Shown here one piece after another: positions 44,600-53,650 of a stretch of DNA of 64,000 bases. The notes beneath the pieces were generated by a model. That model was given only the letters and a program-made list of their open reading frames with translations. It was not told where the DNA came from and made no database searches. This DNA comes from an uncultured Clostridia bacterium. Its GTDB lineage: Bacteria > Bacillota > Clostridia > Christensenellales > UBA1750. Each line of letters starts with the position of its first letter. Positions within the stretch are counted from its first letter, which is position 1. A program made the position numbers and the translations under genes. Where the stretch lies: NCBI GenBank assembly GCA_947625765.1, contig CANQPP010000009.1:2835-66834 (forward strand). The letters run 5' to 3'.

Positions 44600-46858
44600 T
44601 CACATTTCGCCCCGCAGCCGCTGGCTCAAAAGGGTGTAGCGGCGCACGGTGTGGTCGTTCTGCACCATTCGGGCCACCAGCTGCTCGGTGCCCACCAGCA
44701 CCACGCGCTTGCGGGCGCGGGTCACGGCGGTGTAGAGCAGGTTCCGGGCCATCATGCGCGGGTGCCCGGGGCAGAGGGCCAGCACCACGGTGTCGAACTC
44801 GCTGCCCTGGCTCTTGTGGATGGTCACGGCGTAGGCAAGGTCCAGGTCGGCCAGCATGGAGTCGGTGTAGACCACCCGCCGCTCGTCGTCGAAGAGCACC
44901 TCCATCTCCCCGTCCTCGATGGAGAGCACGCGGCCCATGTCCCCGTTGAACACGCCCAGCCCTTCCTCCAGCTCGGTCTCGGTCTGGCGGATCCACTCGG
45001 CCTGGTAGTCGTTGCGGGTCTGCATCACCTTGTCGCCCTCGCGGAACAGCGTCTCCCCGAAGCGGCGCTCTTGCTTGCGGCGGGAGGGCGGATTCAGGCT
45101 CTCCTGCAGCCTGCGGTTGAGGGCGATCACGCCCGCCTCGCCCTTCTTGACCGGGGAGAGCACCTGGATGTCCTGCATGGGGTCTATGTGGAAGTAGCCC
45201 GGCAGCCGCTCCACGCACAGGGCGGTCACCGAGTCCGCGATGCGGGCGAGCGTATCGCGCCGCTCGAAGAAGAAGTCGGTGTCCCGGTTGCGGAGCACGG
45301 GCATCTCCCCGGCGTTGATGCGGTGGGCGTTCATGACGATCTGGCTTAAGGCCGCCTGGCGGAACACCTGGGTGAGCTTGACCGTGGGCACCGCGCCGGA
45401 GCGCAGTATGTCGGCCAGCACGTTGCCCGCACCAACAGAGGGCAGCTGGTCGCTGTCCCCCACCAGGATCAGCCGCGTGCCGCGCCTGACCGCCCGCAGA
45501 AAGGAGCGGAACAGCTGCAGGTCCACCATGGACATTTCATCTAAGACCACCACGTCGGCCTTTAAGGGGTCGTTTTCGCCCTTGCCGAAGTGCAGGCCTT
45601 TTTCGCCCTCGCCGGAGTATTCCAGCAGCCGGTGGATGGTCTTGGCCTCCCGGCCGGTGGCCTCGCTCATGCGCTTGGCCGCCCGGCCCGTGGGCGCCGC
45701 CAGCGCCACGGCCGCGCCCAGGTTTCCGGCGTCCAGCAGCTCCAGCAGGCAGTTGAGCACCGTGGTCTTGCCCGTGCCCGGCCCGCCGGTGATCACGCAC
45801 ACGCTCTCCCGCAGGGCCATCAGAATGGCCTTCTTCTGCTCCGCCTCGAAGCGGATGTCGTGGGCCTGCTCAAAGCGGGCGATCTCGTCCTCCCCGCCCG
45901 CGGGCGCTGGGGCGCCCTCCGCCTCCAGAAGGGACAGGAGCCTGCGCGCGCACTCCACCTCCGCGTCGAACAGCGGAGCCTCGTACACGGCCACGCCCTC
46001 CTCCATCTCCTCCTCCACCACCTGGCGGGTCAGGCGCAGGGCGGCGTACTCGTTCTCCACCTCGTCGCGGTCCACCTGCAGGACGCCGGAGGCGCTCTCC
46101 ATCAGCTCCTCCCGGGGCAGATACACGTGGCCCACGGAGGCGGCGGCCTCTTTGAGCGTATAGATCAGCCCCGCGCGGATGCGGTTGGGGTCGTTCTTCT
46201 CAAAGCCCATGGAGAAGGCGATGCGGTCGGCGGTGCGGAAGCCGATGCCCTGCACGTCGTAGGTGAGGCGGTAGGGGTTCTCCTTGAGCACGGCGATGGT
46301 CGCCTTGCCGTAGGCGTTGATGATGCGCATGGCCAGCGACGGCGCGATCTGGTACTTGGAGAGGTACAAAAGCGCCTCCCGCGTCTCGAACTTGTCGGCG
46401 TAGGCGCGGCCAATGGCGGCGGCGCGCTTTGGACCGATGCCGGGCACGCGGCTGAGCTGTGCCGGGTCGTCGGCGATCACGCGCAGGGTGTCCTCGCCGA
46501 AAATGCGCACGATGGAATGGGCCATGGACGGGCCCACGCCCTTGATGACCCCGCAGCCCAAGAAGCGCTCGATCTCGTCGGCGCGAGTGGGGACCACCAC
46601 TTCATAGCCCTCGGCGTTCAGCTGGCGGCCGAAGCTGGGGTGTTCGGTCCAGCGGCCGGTGACGCGGACGCGCTCGCCCTCGTGCAGGAAGGGCAGCACG
46701 CCCACCACGGTCTCCTCGCGGCCGCCGGCCACCAGGCTCATCACCGTGAAGCCGTTCTCCTCGTTCTGAAAGCGGATCTCCGACACGATCCCTTCGAAGC
46801 TGTCCACCGGGCCGCCCCCTTCCCCTTTGCCTTTCCGTGAAAAACGGATCGCATCCAT
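44600..46858 (-). CDS. recD2: SF1B ATP-dependent RecD-like DNA helicase
   Basis: Walker A ITGGPGTGKTT, motifs LILVGDSDQLPSVGAG and AVTIHKSQGSE, and an HhH N-terminal region. The ATG at 46858 has a weak SD. A GTG at 46807 preceded by GGGGAAGGGGG is an alternative start. Confidence 0.9.
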   Translation of the reverse strand: MDAIRFSRKGKGEGGGPVDSFEGIVSEIRFQNEENGFTVMSLVAGGREETVVGVLPFLHEGERVRVTGRWTEHPSFGRQLNAEGYEVVVPTRADEIERFLGCGVIKGVGPSMAHSIVRIFGEDTLRVIADDPAQLSRVPGIGPKRAAAIGRAYADKFETREALLYLSKYQIAPSLAMRIINAYGKATIAVLKENPYRLTYDVQGIGFRTADRIAFSMGFEKNDPNRIRAGLIYTLKEAAASVGHVYLPREELMESASGVLQVDRDEVENEYAALRLTRQVVEEEMEEGVAVYEAPLFDAEVECARRLLSLLEAEGAPAPAGGEDEIARFEQAHDIRFEAEQKKAILMALRESVCVITGGPGTGKTTVLNCLLELLDAGNLGAAVALAAPTGRAAKRMSEATGREAKTIHRLLEYSGEGEKGLHFGKGENDPLKADVVVLDEMSMVDLQLFRSFLRAVRRGTRLILVGDSDQLPSVGAGNVLADILRSGAVPTVKLTQVFRQAALSQIVMNAHRINAGEMPVLRNRDTDFFFERRDTLARIADSVTALCVERLPGYFHIDPMQDIQVLSPVKKGEAGVIALNRRLQESLNPPSRRKQERRFGETLFREGDKVMQTRNDYQAEWIRQTETELEEGLGVFNGDMGRVLSIEDGEMEVLFDDERRVVYTDSMLADLDLAYAVTIHKSQGSEFDTVVLALCPGHPRMMARNLLYTAVTRARKRVVLVGTEQLVARMVQNDHTVRRYTLLSQRLRGEM

Positions 46859-46923
46859 TATACACCATTCGTCCGCCCCCTGTCACCCTTTCCCAGGAGG
46901 GGAAAACGCAGGGAGCGGAGGCC

Positions 46924-47150
46924 GCGGCCTTTCGATGGAAAATAAAACTCCGCAGGAGGGGCGGGAGCGGCGGGCTTTCGGCGAAGAAGGGAGAGCCACG
47001 GAAAAAGCGGGTTTTCCCTTTCTGAAAGGAAACAGTTTAAGGAAATTGTTTAAGAGAAAACCGTTTAAAGCATGAAACTTTGCGCGGAAAGCGGAAACGG
47101 CTTTCTTTCGACGAAGAAAGGAAATCCGCGGGAAAAGCGGGTTTTCCCTT
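46924..47150. repeat. repeated double-hairpin element: two good ~50-nt copies plus one degenerate copy
   Basis: Copy B is 46971-47021 and copy C is 47098-47150. They share an exact 18-mer AAAAGCGGGTTTTCCCTT (47003-47020 and 47133-47150) and a GGCTTTC..CGAAGAA arm. Copy A (46924-46966) is degenerate. GTTTAA occurs three times between the copies. Confidence 0.7.
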
Positions 47151-47196
47151 CTATTTTCTTATATGAGAACGGTTTATGAGAGAAACCGCCGAAATA

Positions 47197-47243
47197 CAAA
47201 AGAGAAGGCCCGCGGGGAAATCTCCCTCGGGCCCTCTTTCAGA
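47197..47243 (-). terminator. terminator of metK
   Basis: Minus strand: the imperfect stem AGAGGGCCCGAGGG pairs with CCCCGCGGGCCTTCT, followed by CTTTTGTATTT. Confidence 0.6.
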
Positions 47244-47265
47244 TATGTCTCTGTCGGATGCTTAT

Positions 47266-48453
47266 TTATCCCATCTCCGCCGCCAGTTCTTTCAGCGTCT
47301 CGGCGGCGTCGGTCCTCTCCCAGGGCAGCTCCGCATCCTCCCGGCCAAAGTGGCCGTAGTTGGTGGAGGCGCGGTAGATGGGCCGCCGCAGGTCCAGCCG
47401 GTCGATGATGGCCGCGGGCCGCAGGTCGAATGCCTTGCGCACCAGCTTCTCCAGCTGCTCATCCGGCAAAACGGACGTACCCATGCTGTCCACCAGCAGG
47501 GAGACGGGCTGCGCCACGCCGATGGCGTAGGCCGCCTGCAGCTGGCAGCGGCGGCAGAGCCCCGCCTTCACCAGGTTCTTGGCGATATAGCGCAGCATGT
47601 AGCAGGCGCTGCGGTCCACCTTGGTGGGGTCCTTGCCGGAGAAGGCGCCGCCGCCGTGGGGCGCGTAGCCGCCGTAGGTGTCCACGATGATCTTGCGGCC
47701 GGTGACGCCCGCGTCCCCCTCGGGCCCGCCCACCACGAAGCGCCCCGTAGGGTTGATGAAGAAGCGGGTGTCCGTATCCAGCAGCTCCGCCGGGATGGTC
47801 GTGCGGATGAGCCTGTCCATGAGATCTGCCCGGATGGTCTCCTGCGACACGTCCGCCGAATGCTGGGTGGAGACGACCACCGCGCTCACGCGCTTGGGCG
47901 CGCCGTCCTCGTATTCCACGCTCACCTGCGCCTTGCCGTCGGGCTTTAAGTAGGGCAGCTCCCCGCTCTTGCGCAGCTCGGCCAGGCGGCGGGTCAGCCT
48001 GTGGGCCAGGGAGATGGGCAGCGGCATGGTCTCCGGCGTCTCGTCGCAGGCAAAGCCGAACATCATGCCCTGGTCTCCCGCGCCGGTGTCCTTATCCCCC
48101 TCCTTGCGGCTCTCCAGCGCCGCGTCCACGCCCATGGCGATGTCCGGGGACTGCTTGTCCAGCGCCACCAGCACCGCGCAGGTCCTGGCATCGAAGCCGC
48201 AGCGGCCGTCCTTGTAGCCGATGTCCGCGATCACCTCGCGGGCGATGGCGGCGTGGTCCACCTGGGCCTTGGAGCTGATCTCGCCCAGGATGAGCACCAT
48301 CCCGGTGGTGGCGCAGACCTCGCAGGCCACGCGCGCGCCGGGGTCCTGGGCAAGGTGGGCGTCCAGGATGGCGTCCGCGATCTGGTCGCAGAGCTTGTCC
48401 GGGTGCCCCTCGGTCACGGATTCCGAGGTGAATGTGTACTTTCTCTCGCTCAT
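47266..48453 (-). CDS. metK: S-adenosylmethionine synthase
   Basis: [30 protein letters not shown] and [16 protein letters not shown] motifs. 395 aa. Confidence 0.97.
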   Translation of the reverse strand: MSERKYTFTSESVTEGHPDKLCDQIADAILDAHLAQDPGARVACEVCATTGMVLILGEISSKAQVDHAAIAREVIADIGYKDGRCGFDARTCAVLVALDKQSPDIAMGVDAALESRKEGDKDTGAGDQGMMFGFACDETPETMPLPISLAHRLTRRLAELRKSGELPYLKPDGKAQVSVEYEDGAPKRVSAVVVSTQHSADVSQETIRADLMDRLIRTTIPAELLDTDTRFFINPTGRFVVGGPEGDAGVTGRKIIVDTYGGYAPHGGGAFSGKDPTKVDRSACYMLRYIAKNLVKAGLCRRCQLQAAYAIGVAQPVSLLVDSMGTSVLPDEQLEKLVRKAFDLRPAAIIDRLDLRRPIYRASTNYGHFGREDAELPWERTDAAETLKELAAEMG

Positions 48454-48546
48454 GTCGGGTCTTCCTCCTGCGGCACAACGCCGCTCTGTATTCGGGCCTA
48501 CGCCCTCTTTTCTCCGGTCCTGCCGGTTTTATGTGTATATAACGCG

Positions 48547-49302
48547 TTATAATGCGGGCTGTCCCGCCCAGAGGCGCGTCTCGTTGCGGACGGTGAGCCT
48601 GCCGCCCTTTTCATAGCGGTCGATCAAGCGCCCCAGCTCCCGCACGTAGGGCTCGTAGGCCGCCTCGCCCTTCCTCGGCCCGTAGGACGAGGACAGGCTG
48701 CGCTGCAGGAATGCCTCCTTCTCGTACGTGAGGTCGAAAGGGAAGTCGTACCTCTTGTATCCCGGCCGGAAGAACCCCGCCGCCCCGCGCTCGGTGTCCC
48801 GCGCGCCGTGGTCCAGGCTCTCGTAGCCCGGCAGAAGAGAGCGGCAGATGGCGTCCTGCTCCCGGGTGAAGGGGTCGTCCATCGGCCGCGCGTTGATGAG
48901 CAGGAACACCTGCCTCTCTCCCCGCAGCACCCGCAGGCACTCCCTGCGGAAGGCGTCCGCGTCGAACCAATGGAAGGCCGAGGCCGCCACCGCGAAGTCC
49001 GCGGCATTTTCCTTTAGGGTCGTCCTTTCCGCCGACGCGGCCAGTATGCGGACGTTTCTCTCTCCCTTGAGGGCTTCCTCCATCTTGGCCCGCATGCCAG
49101 CGTCCGGCTCCACGGCCAGCACCCGGTAGCCAGCGTCCAGCAGCGCGCGGGTGAAGATGCCCGTGCCCGCGCCGGCCTCCAGCGCCACGGGGCAGCTTTC
49201 CGGCGGGCAGAGAGAGCGGATCACGTCCAGCGCCTGTGCGCTGTATCCCTGCCGCCCGGCGGCGTAGGCCTCGCTGCGGCCCTGGAACCTGCCCGCTTCC
49301 AT
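48547..49302 (-). CDS. class I SAM-dependent methyltransferase
   Basis: Motif I ALEAGAGTGIFTRALLDAGYRVLAVEPD. 251 aa from MEAGRF (ATG at 49302). Confidence 0.85.
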   Translation of the reverse strand: MEAGRFQGRSEAYAAGRQGYSAQALDVIRSLCPPESCPVALEAGAGTGIFTRALLDAGYRVLAVEPDAGMRAKMEEALKGERNVRILAASAERTTLKENAADFAVAASAFHWFDADAFRRECLRVLRGERQVFLLINARPMDDPFTREQDAICRSLLPGYESLDHGARDTERGAAGFFRPGYKRYDFPFDLTYEKEAFLQRSLSSSYGPRKGEAAYEPYVRELGRLIDRYEKGGRLTVRNETRLWAGQPAL

Positions 49303-49643
49303 GCTGTTTTCCCCTCTCTTCTTTTCTTTCACCAAATAAATGAGCCTTCCGCCCTGATCTCCAAGGCAGAAGGCTTTGTTCTTTAAAAACACGCTTCCGC
49401 CTCATATTCCGGCGAGCGGGGCAGACCTGCCCTTCACGCTTCGCCGCGGGAATTGGCACCAGCGCCGATCCTCTTTTCGGACCGGCCGGCTGCCGGGTTT
49501 CATCGGGCCCGTCCCTCGACCACTCTCTATAAGGCCCTACCAGTATACTTTTTCTCTTTCGTTTCGTCAATACCGCGCGGCGTATAAAAAACAGATATCC
49601 GCCCCGTCTCGTCCCTTTTTGGCCGAAAAGACGCCGCGCCGCC

Positions 49644-49672
49644 TACTAAATCCCGCACCTCACGCATAGTAT
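49644..49672 (+). promoter_or_regulatory. possible sigma-E-type promoter of spoIIID
   Basis: TACTAAA, a 14-nt spacer, then CATAGTAT resembles the remembered sigma-E consensus (xHATAxx-14-CATACAHT). It ends 33 nt before the ATG. The match is weak and by eye. Confidence 0.3.
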
Positions 49673-49705
49673 GACAGCAAAACCCATGGAAGGGAAGCGG
49701 ATGGT

Positions 49706-50002
49706 ATGCAGGAATACATCAGGGAGCGGTGCCTTGCCATCGGCGGCTATATCGTGGAGACCGGGGCCACCGTGCGCCAGGCCGCGGACAAATTCGCGCT
49801 CTCCAAGTCCAGCGTGCACAAGGATATGGCGGAGCGCCTGCCCGCCATCGACCCCAGGATGGCGGCGCAGGTGCGGCGCGTCCTGGACCTCAACAAGGCC
49901 GAGCGCCACCTGCGCGGCGGTCGGGCGACCTGCCTAAAGTACAAGGTGGGCATGAAGGACCTGCCGCCCAGGCGGGAAAAGCGCCAACTTTTACAACTCT
50001 GA
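49706..50002 (+). CDS. spoIIID: sporulation transcriptional regulator SpoIIID
   Basis: MQEYIRERCLAIGGYIVETGATVRQAADKFALSKSSVHKDMAERL is near-canonical SpoIIID HTH. An mreB/mbl paralogue follows, as in B. subtilis. Confidence 0.93.
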   Translation: MQEYIRERCLAIGGYIVETGATVRQAADKFALSKSSVHKDMAERLPAIDPRMAAQVRRVLDLNKAERHLRGGRATCLKYKVGMKDLPPRREKRQLLQL

Positions 50003-50163
50003 CACATCCCCTGCCGCCCCTTTGGGCAGGAAACGGGGAAGGAAAAGCAGAATCTTTGAGGGAAAGAAGCGTGAATGTGTTTTTTGCGCCCGTTTTCCGC
50101 AAGGTCCTGCTTGTTTTTTTGAAACGGCGGGTCTCTCCTTTCGGCATCCGGCGGAAAAAACAA

Positions 50164-51225
50164 ATGGGAGGTCCGTCAGGCTTGGCTGTTTTTTCCAGGG
50201 ATATCGGCATCGACTTGGGCACCGCCAGCGTGCTGGTGTACATAAAAGGCAAGGGCATCGTGCTGCACGAGCCCTCCGTGGTGGCGCTGGACGAGCGCCT
50301 CCACAGCATCATCGCCGTGGGCACCGACGCCCTGCGCATGATGGGCCGCACGCCCACGGGCGTGCACGTGGTGCGGCCGCTGCGGGACGGCGTGGTCTCC
50401 GACTACGACCTGACCGAGCGCATGCTGCACTACTACCTGCGCAAGGTTTTGGGGCGCTTCTCGTTCTTCCGCCCCCGCGTGGTGGTCTGCGTGCCCTCCG
50501 GCATCACGGAGGTGGAGCGCCGCTCCGTGGTGGAGGCCATGCTGGACGCCGGCGCCAGCGACACGCGGCTCATCCAGGAGCCCGTGGCCGCCGCCATCGG
50601 CGCGGGCCTGGACATCCGCAGCGCGGGCGGCTCCATCGTGGTGGACGTGGGCGGCGGCACCACGGACATCGCCCTTGTGTCCCTGACCAGCCCCGTGATT
50701 ATCGACTCGGTGCGCTGCGCGGGCGACAAGGTGGACGAGAGCATCGTCCGCTTCATGAAGAAGAAGCACAACGTGCTCATCGGCGAGCGCACCGCCGAGC
50801 AGATCAAGATGCAGATCGGCATCGTCTCGCCCGAGCCCCCCGTGGGCACCATGGACGTGACGGGCCGCAACCTGGTCTCCGGCCTGCCCATGACCGTGCA
50901 CATCACGGCGGAAGAAATTTCCACCGCCGTGGAGGAGCCCGCCTCCCGCATCATCGAGGCCATCCACGGCGTTCTGGAGCGCACCCCGCCCGAGCTTGCC
51001 TCCGACGTGTTCGACCGCGGCATCACCTTGACGGGCGGCGGCGCCCTGCTCTCGGGCCTGTCCCGGCGGGTGGGCATCGAGACCGGCGTGCCCTGCCGCG
51101 TGGCCGAGCGGCCCATCGAGTGCGTGGTGCTGGGCACGGGCCGCGCCATCGAGGACCTGGACACCTACGGCGAGCTGATCCACGACTTCCGCAAGCCCCA
51201 GCGCTACGACTTCCGCAGGGGCTGA
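50164..51225 (+). CDS. mreB: rod shape-determining protein MreB/Mbl
   Basis: DIGIDLGTASVLVY, VVVCVPSGITEVERR and VVDVGGGTTDIA are actin-fold motifs. The start is either the ATG at 50164 or the TTG at 50182 (10 nt after GGAGG). The upstream part of ORF 49729.. overlaps spoIIID and is rejected. Confidence 0.92.
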   Translation: MGGPSGLAVFSRDIGIDLGTASVLVYIKGKGIVLHEPSVVALDERLHSIIAVGTDALRMMGRTPTGVHVVRPLRDGVVSDYDLTERMLHYYLRKVLGRFSFFRPRVVVCVPSGITEVERRSVVEAMLDAGASDTRLIQEPVAAAIGAGLDIRSAGGSIVVDVGGGTTDIALVSLTSPVIIDSVRCAGDKVDESIVRFMKKKHNVLIGERTAEQIKMQIGIVSPEPPVGTMDVTGRNLVSGLPMTVHITAEEISTAVEEPASRIIEAIHGVLERTPPELASDVFDRGITLTGGGALLSGLSRRVGIETGVPCRVAERPIECVVLGTGRAIEDLDTYGELIHDFRKPQRYDFRRG

Positions 51226-51276
51226 CAAAAACAAGTCTTAGGCTGTACGAATGAGGAAAGGGGAGAGAAAAAGCCC

Positions 51277-52203
51277 ATGAAGCGGCGCTGCCTGTGCCTG
51301 TTGCTGGCCCTGAGCCTGTCTCTCCTTTGCGCCTGCGCGGGGCCGGAAGAGGCGCCCGCGGGCGAGGAAACGCCCGCGCCCTACGCCCTTTCCTCGGGTT
51401 CTTTGGTGCAGAAGGAGGAGCTTTCCTCCCTTCTGGTGATGGGCATGGCCTACGACAGCGAGAACGCCTCCTACGCCTCCACCCTGACCTTGGTGCTGGC
51501 CGAGGACGGCGCGGACGGGCTGTGCCTGCTCTCCATTCCCCGCGACACCCGCGTGCTGCTGAACACGGGCAGCGGGGACGGCCAGCCGCGCTTTGGGCCC
51601 ATCAGTGAGGCCTATTACCTGGGCGAGGCGGCAGGCAGCGGCGAGGAGGACACCTTGGCGCTGGTGGGTGGCCTGCTGGGCGGCGTGCCGCTGGACAACT
51701 ACGCCATGCTCAACATCGTGCAGCTGCGCGAGCTGAACACGCTGTGCGGCGGTGTTTCCCTGCAGGTGAGCGAGCAGCTGGCGGCGGCCTATTCCAACCT
51801 GTCGCCGGGCTTCCAGCCCCTGGGCCGAAACCTGGAGGTCTACGCCTCCCACAACTCCATGCTGGACCAGGACGGCCAGCCCATCCCCGGCACGGACACC
51901 CAGAAGATGTCCCGCCACCAGCAGCTGATCGCGGCCTTCCTGACCGCCATGCGCGACGCACTGGACTCCGCCGACGACCCGGACGCCCTCTGCGAGGAGA
52001 TGCGCGCCGTTCTGCGCACGGACCTGGACGCGCAGGCCTTCGCCGCCTTCATCCGCAAGGCCGCGGCCCTTGCCGACAAGGGCGTCAAAATGGAGACGCT
52101 GCCCGGCGCGGACGAGCAGGTGGGGCAGGAGCTCTACTTCCTGCCGGATGTTTCCGCCGCCAAGGACTGGGTGCTCTCCCACTTCTACGAGGAGCTGCCC
52201 TGA
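51277..52203 (+). CDS. LCP (LytR-CpsA-Psr) family lipoprotein
   Basis: Lipobox LSLLCACAGP and the LCP-type motif LLSIPRDTRV. 308 aa. Confidence 0.75.
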   Translation: MKRRCLCLLLALSLSLLCACAGPEEAPAGEETPAPYALSSGSLVQKEELSSLLVMGMAYDSENASYASTLTLVLAEDGADGLCLLSIPRDTRVLLNTGSGDGQPRFGPISEAYYLGEAAGSGEEDTLALVGGLLGGVPLDNYAMLNIVQLRELNTLCGGVSLQVSEQLAAAYSNLSPGFQPLGRNLEVYASHNSMLDQDGQPIPGTDTQKMSRHQQLIAAFLTAMRDALDSADDPDALCEEMRAVLRTDLDAQAFAAFIRKAAALADKGVKMETLPGADEQVGQELYFLPDVSAAKDWVLSHFYEELP

Positions 52204-52235
52204 AAGCCCCCGTCCATTCTCCTAACGAACACAAA

Positions 52236-52271
52236 AACAGAGCAGGCGTTTTCGCCCGCTCTGTTTTTTTA
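52236..52271. terminator. bidirectional terminator
   Basis: acagagc (52237-52243) pairs with gctctgt (52258-52264), with an inner aggcg/cgcc stem. A run of A lies 5' and seven T lie 3'. It sits between convergent genes. Confidence 0.8.
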
Positions 52272-52304
52272 AAGGTCTTGCGGCCGCCCGCCCGATATGG
52301 CCTC

Positions 52305-52763
52305 TTACCGCAAGGCCATCACGTAAATCTGGCAGGGATTCTGTTCATCCCACAAAGTAGGGAACACCTCGAATTCCTTGAAGCCCATCCTTTGATAGAA
52401 CCGATTCGTCCGATCGTACTCCTCATATCTGCCCATCTGCACGGTCTTTACCTGCATAAAGGAATATCCGTTCTTAAGCGCCGCATTTTTTGCCGCCTCA
52501 AACAGTCCCCGTCCGATGCCGCGACGCTGGCGCTCCTTCAACACGCCCATGACATACAGCTCCACCGTATCCTTCCCGGACTCTTTCAGATACAGAAAGC
52601 CCACGGGATCGGAGTCCTCCATCGCCGCGAAAAACAGTTGGCCCGCGCTTTTCTCGATGTAGTCCTCCCTTGCCTCCGGGATGCCGAACCACTCCGGGAG
52701 CGCTTCCAAAACCTGCCTTGCGATGCGCCTTTTTTCATTCTCGTCAACAATTTGCTTGATCAT
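52305..52763 (-). CDS. GNAT family N-acetyltransferase
   Basis: MIKQIVDENEKRRIARQVLEALPEWFG... and QRRGIGRGLFEAA. Its ATG overlaps the upstream stop (ATGA). Low G+C. Confidence 0.8.
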   Translation of the reverse strand: MIKQIVDENEKRRIARQVLEALPEWFGIPEAREDYIEKSAGQLFFAAMEDSDPVGFLYLKESGKDTVELYVMGVLKERQRRGIGRGLFEAAKNAALKNGYSFMQVKTVQMGRYEEYDRTNRFYQRMGFKEFEVFPTLWDEQNPCQIYVMALR

Positions 52764-53524
52764 ATTTTCCCTTCTCCTAGTCGATAGACCCTTGCGGCGT
52801 TCTTCCAAAAAACAGCCTCCCGCACCGCAGGTTCAAGATGAAGTCCCCTGACGAGTTCTATATGCTCTCCTTGGCTGCACCCGCCGTAGTCCGATCCAAA
52901 CAGCACCCTCGACGGGGCTTTTTCTATGATGCGTGTGAGCATTTCTTGTAAGTCAGGTATGCTGTTATATCCGTCGGCTATGGAGGAAATATCAAAAAAG
53001 ATGTTCTGTACGTCAACAGCTGGCAGACATTGTTCAAGATGCGGATAAAAGCAATGGCAGCAGACCAAGCGCAGCTTCGGATATTTCCCCGCCACTTCGA
53101 TCGCGGACAGCACGCTGCCGTATTGGCTCCCGCCGGAATGAAAGAGCACCGGCACGTCGTATCGGAGCGCGAGCTCATAGACTGGCTTTAGCCTTTCGTC
53201 TGTGAGGTAAAACTCCTCATGCCCGGTAAACAGCTTGATCCCGACGACCTGCCGCCTTTCCAGATACGCTTGCAGCTTTGCAAGCTGCTCCCGATACCCG
53301 CACAACGGGCTTATCCCTCCAACGACGTGCACGGTCTCGTTTCCCTCAAACAGCGTAACGCACTCGTCCATGGACCCGATCTCGCTGACGGGGTAGGAGT
53401 CCGAAATGACGATGCACTGATCTACATGGTTCCTCGCCATCTCGTGCAGCAATCGTTCTTTCTTTTGCAGAAAGGAACTGCCGCCGCCTGTTACGGGCAA
53501 ATGCACATGCGCATCGATGATCAT
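52760..53524 (-). CDS. amidohydrolase-family metal-dependent hydrolase (TIM barrel)
   Basis: MIIDAHVHLP... with VLFHSG and LFGSDYG motifs. 254 aa. Low G+C. Confidence 0.75.
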   Translation of the reverse strand: MIIDAHVHLPVTGGGSSFLQKKERLLHEMARNHVDQCIVISDSYPVSEIGSMDECVTLFEGNETVHVVGGISPLCGYREQLAKLQAYLERRQVVGIKLFTGHEEFYLTDERLKPVYELALRYDVPVLFHSGGSQYGSVLSAIEVAGKYPKLRLVCCHCFYPHLEQCLPAVDVQNIFFDISSIADGYNSIPDLQEMLTRIIEKAPSRVLFGSDYGGCSQGEHIELVRGLHLEPAVREAVFWKNAARVYRLGEGKI

Positions 53525-53650
53525 GGTTTTTCCCCTCGAATATCGCCTTTCCAAACTGGTCGAACGGCCGCCCGGCGTTTCACAGTATACCACCCGAATG
53601 TGAAGATATCCACCGTCCGTTCAGGCGGTTGTTCTCTTTGGCGCTGGCGG

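Noticed and set aside
46924-47150. Possible CRISPR array in the metK-recD2 spacer.
   Set aside because: There are only 2-3 copies with unequal spacing (about 50 and 130 nt). The copies are imperfect, the units are internally palindromic in a REP-like way, and no cas genes are present.
48454-48546. SAM riboswitch upstream of metK.
   Set aside because: Only 93 nt separate metK from the upstream gene. No SAM-I (S-box) four-way-junction signature sequences are visible.
49729-50163. A 145-codon extension of the mreB ORF running through spoIIID.
   Set aside because: It overlaps the well-supported spoIIID in another frame. MreB homology begins at ..FSRDIGIDLGTA, just after the ATG at 50164 and the TTG at 50182.
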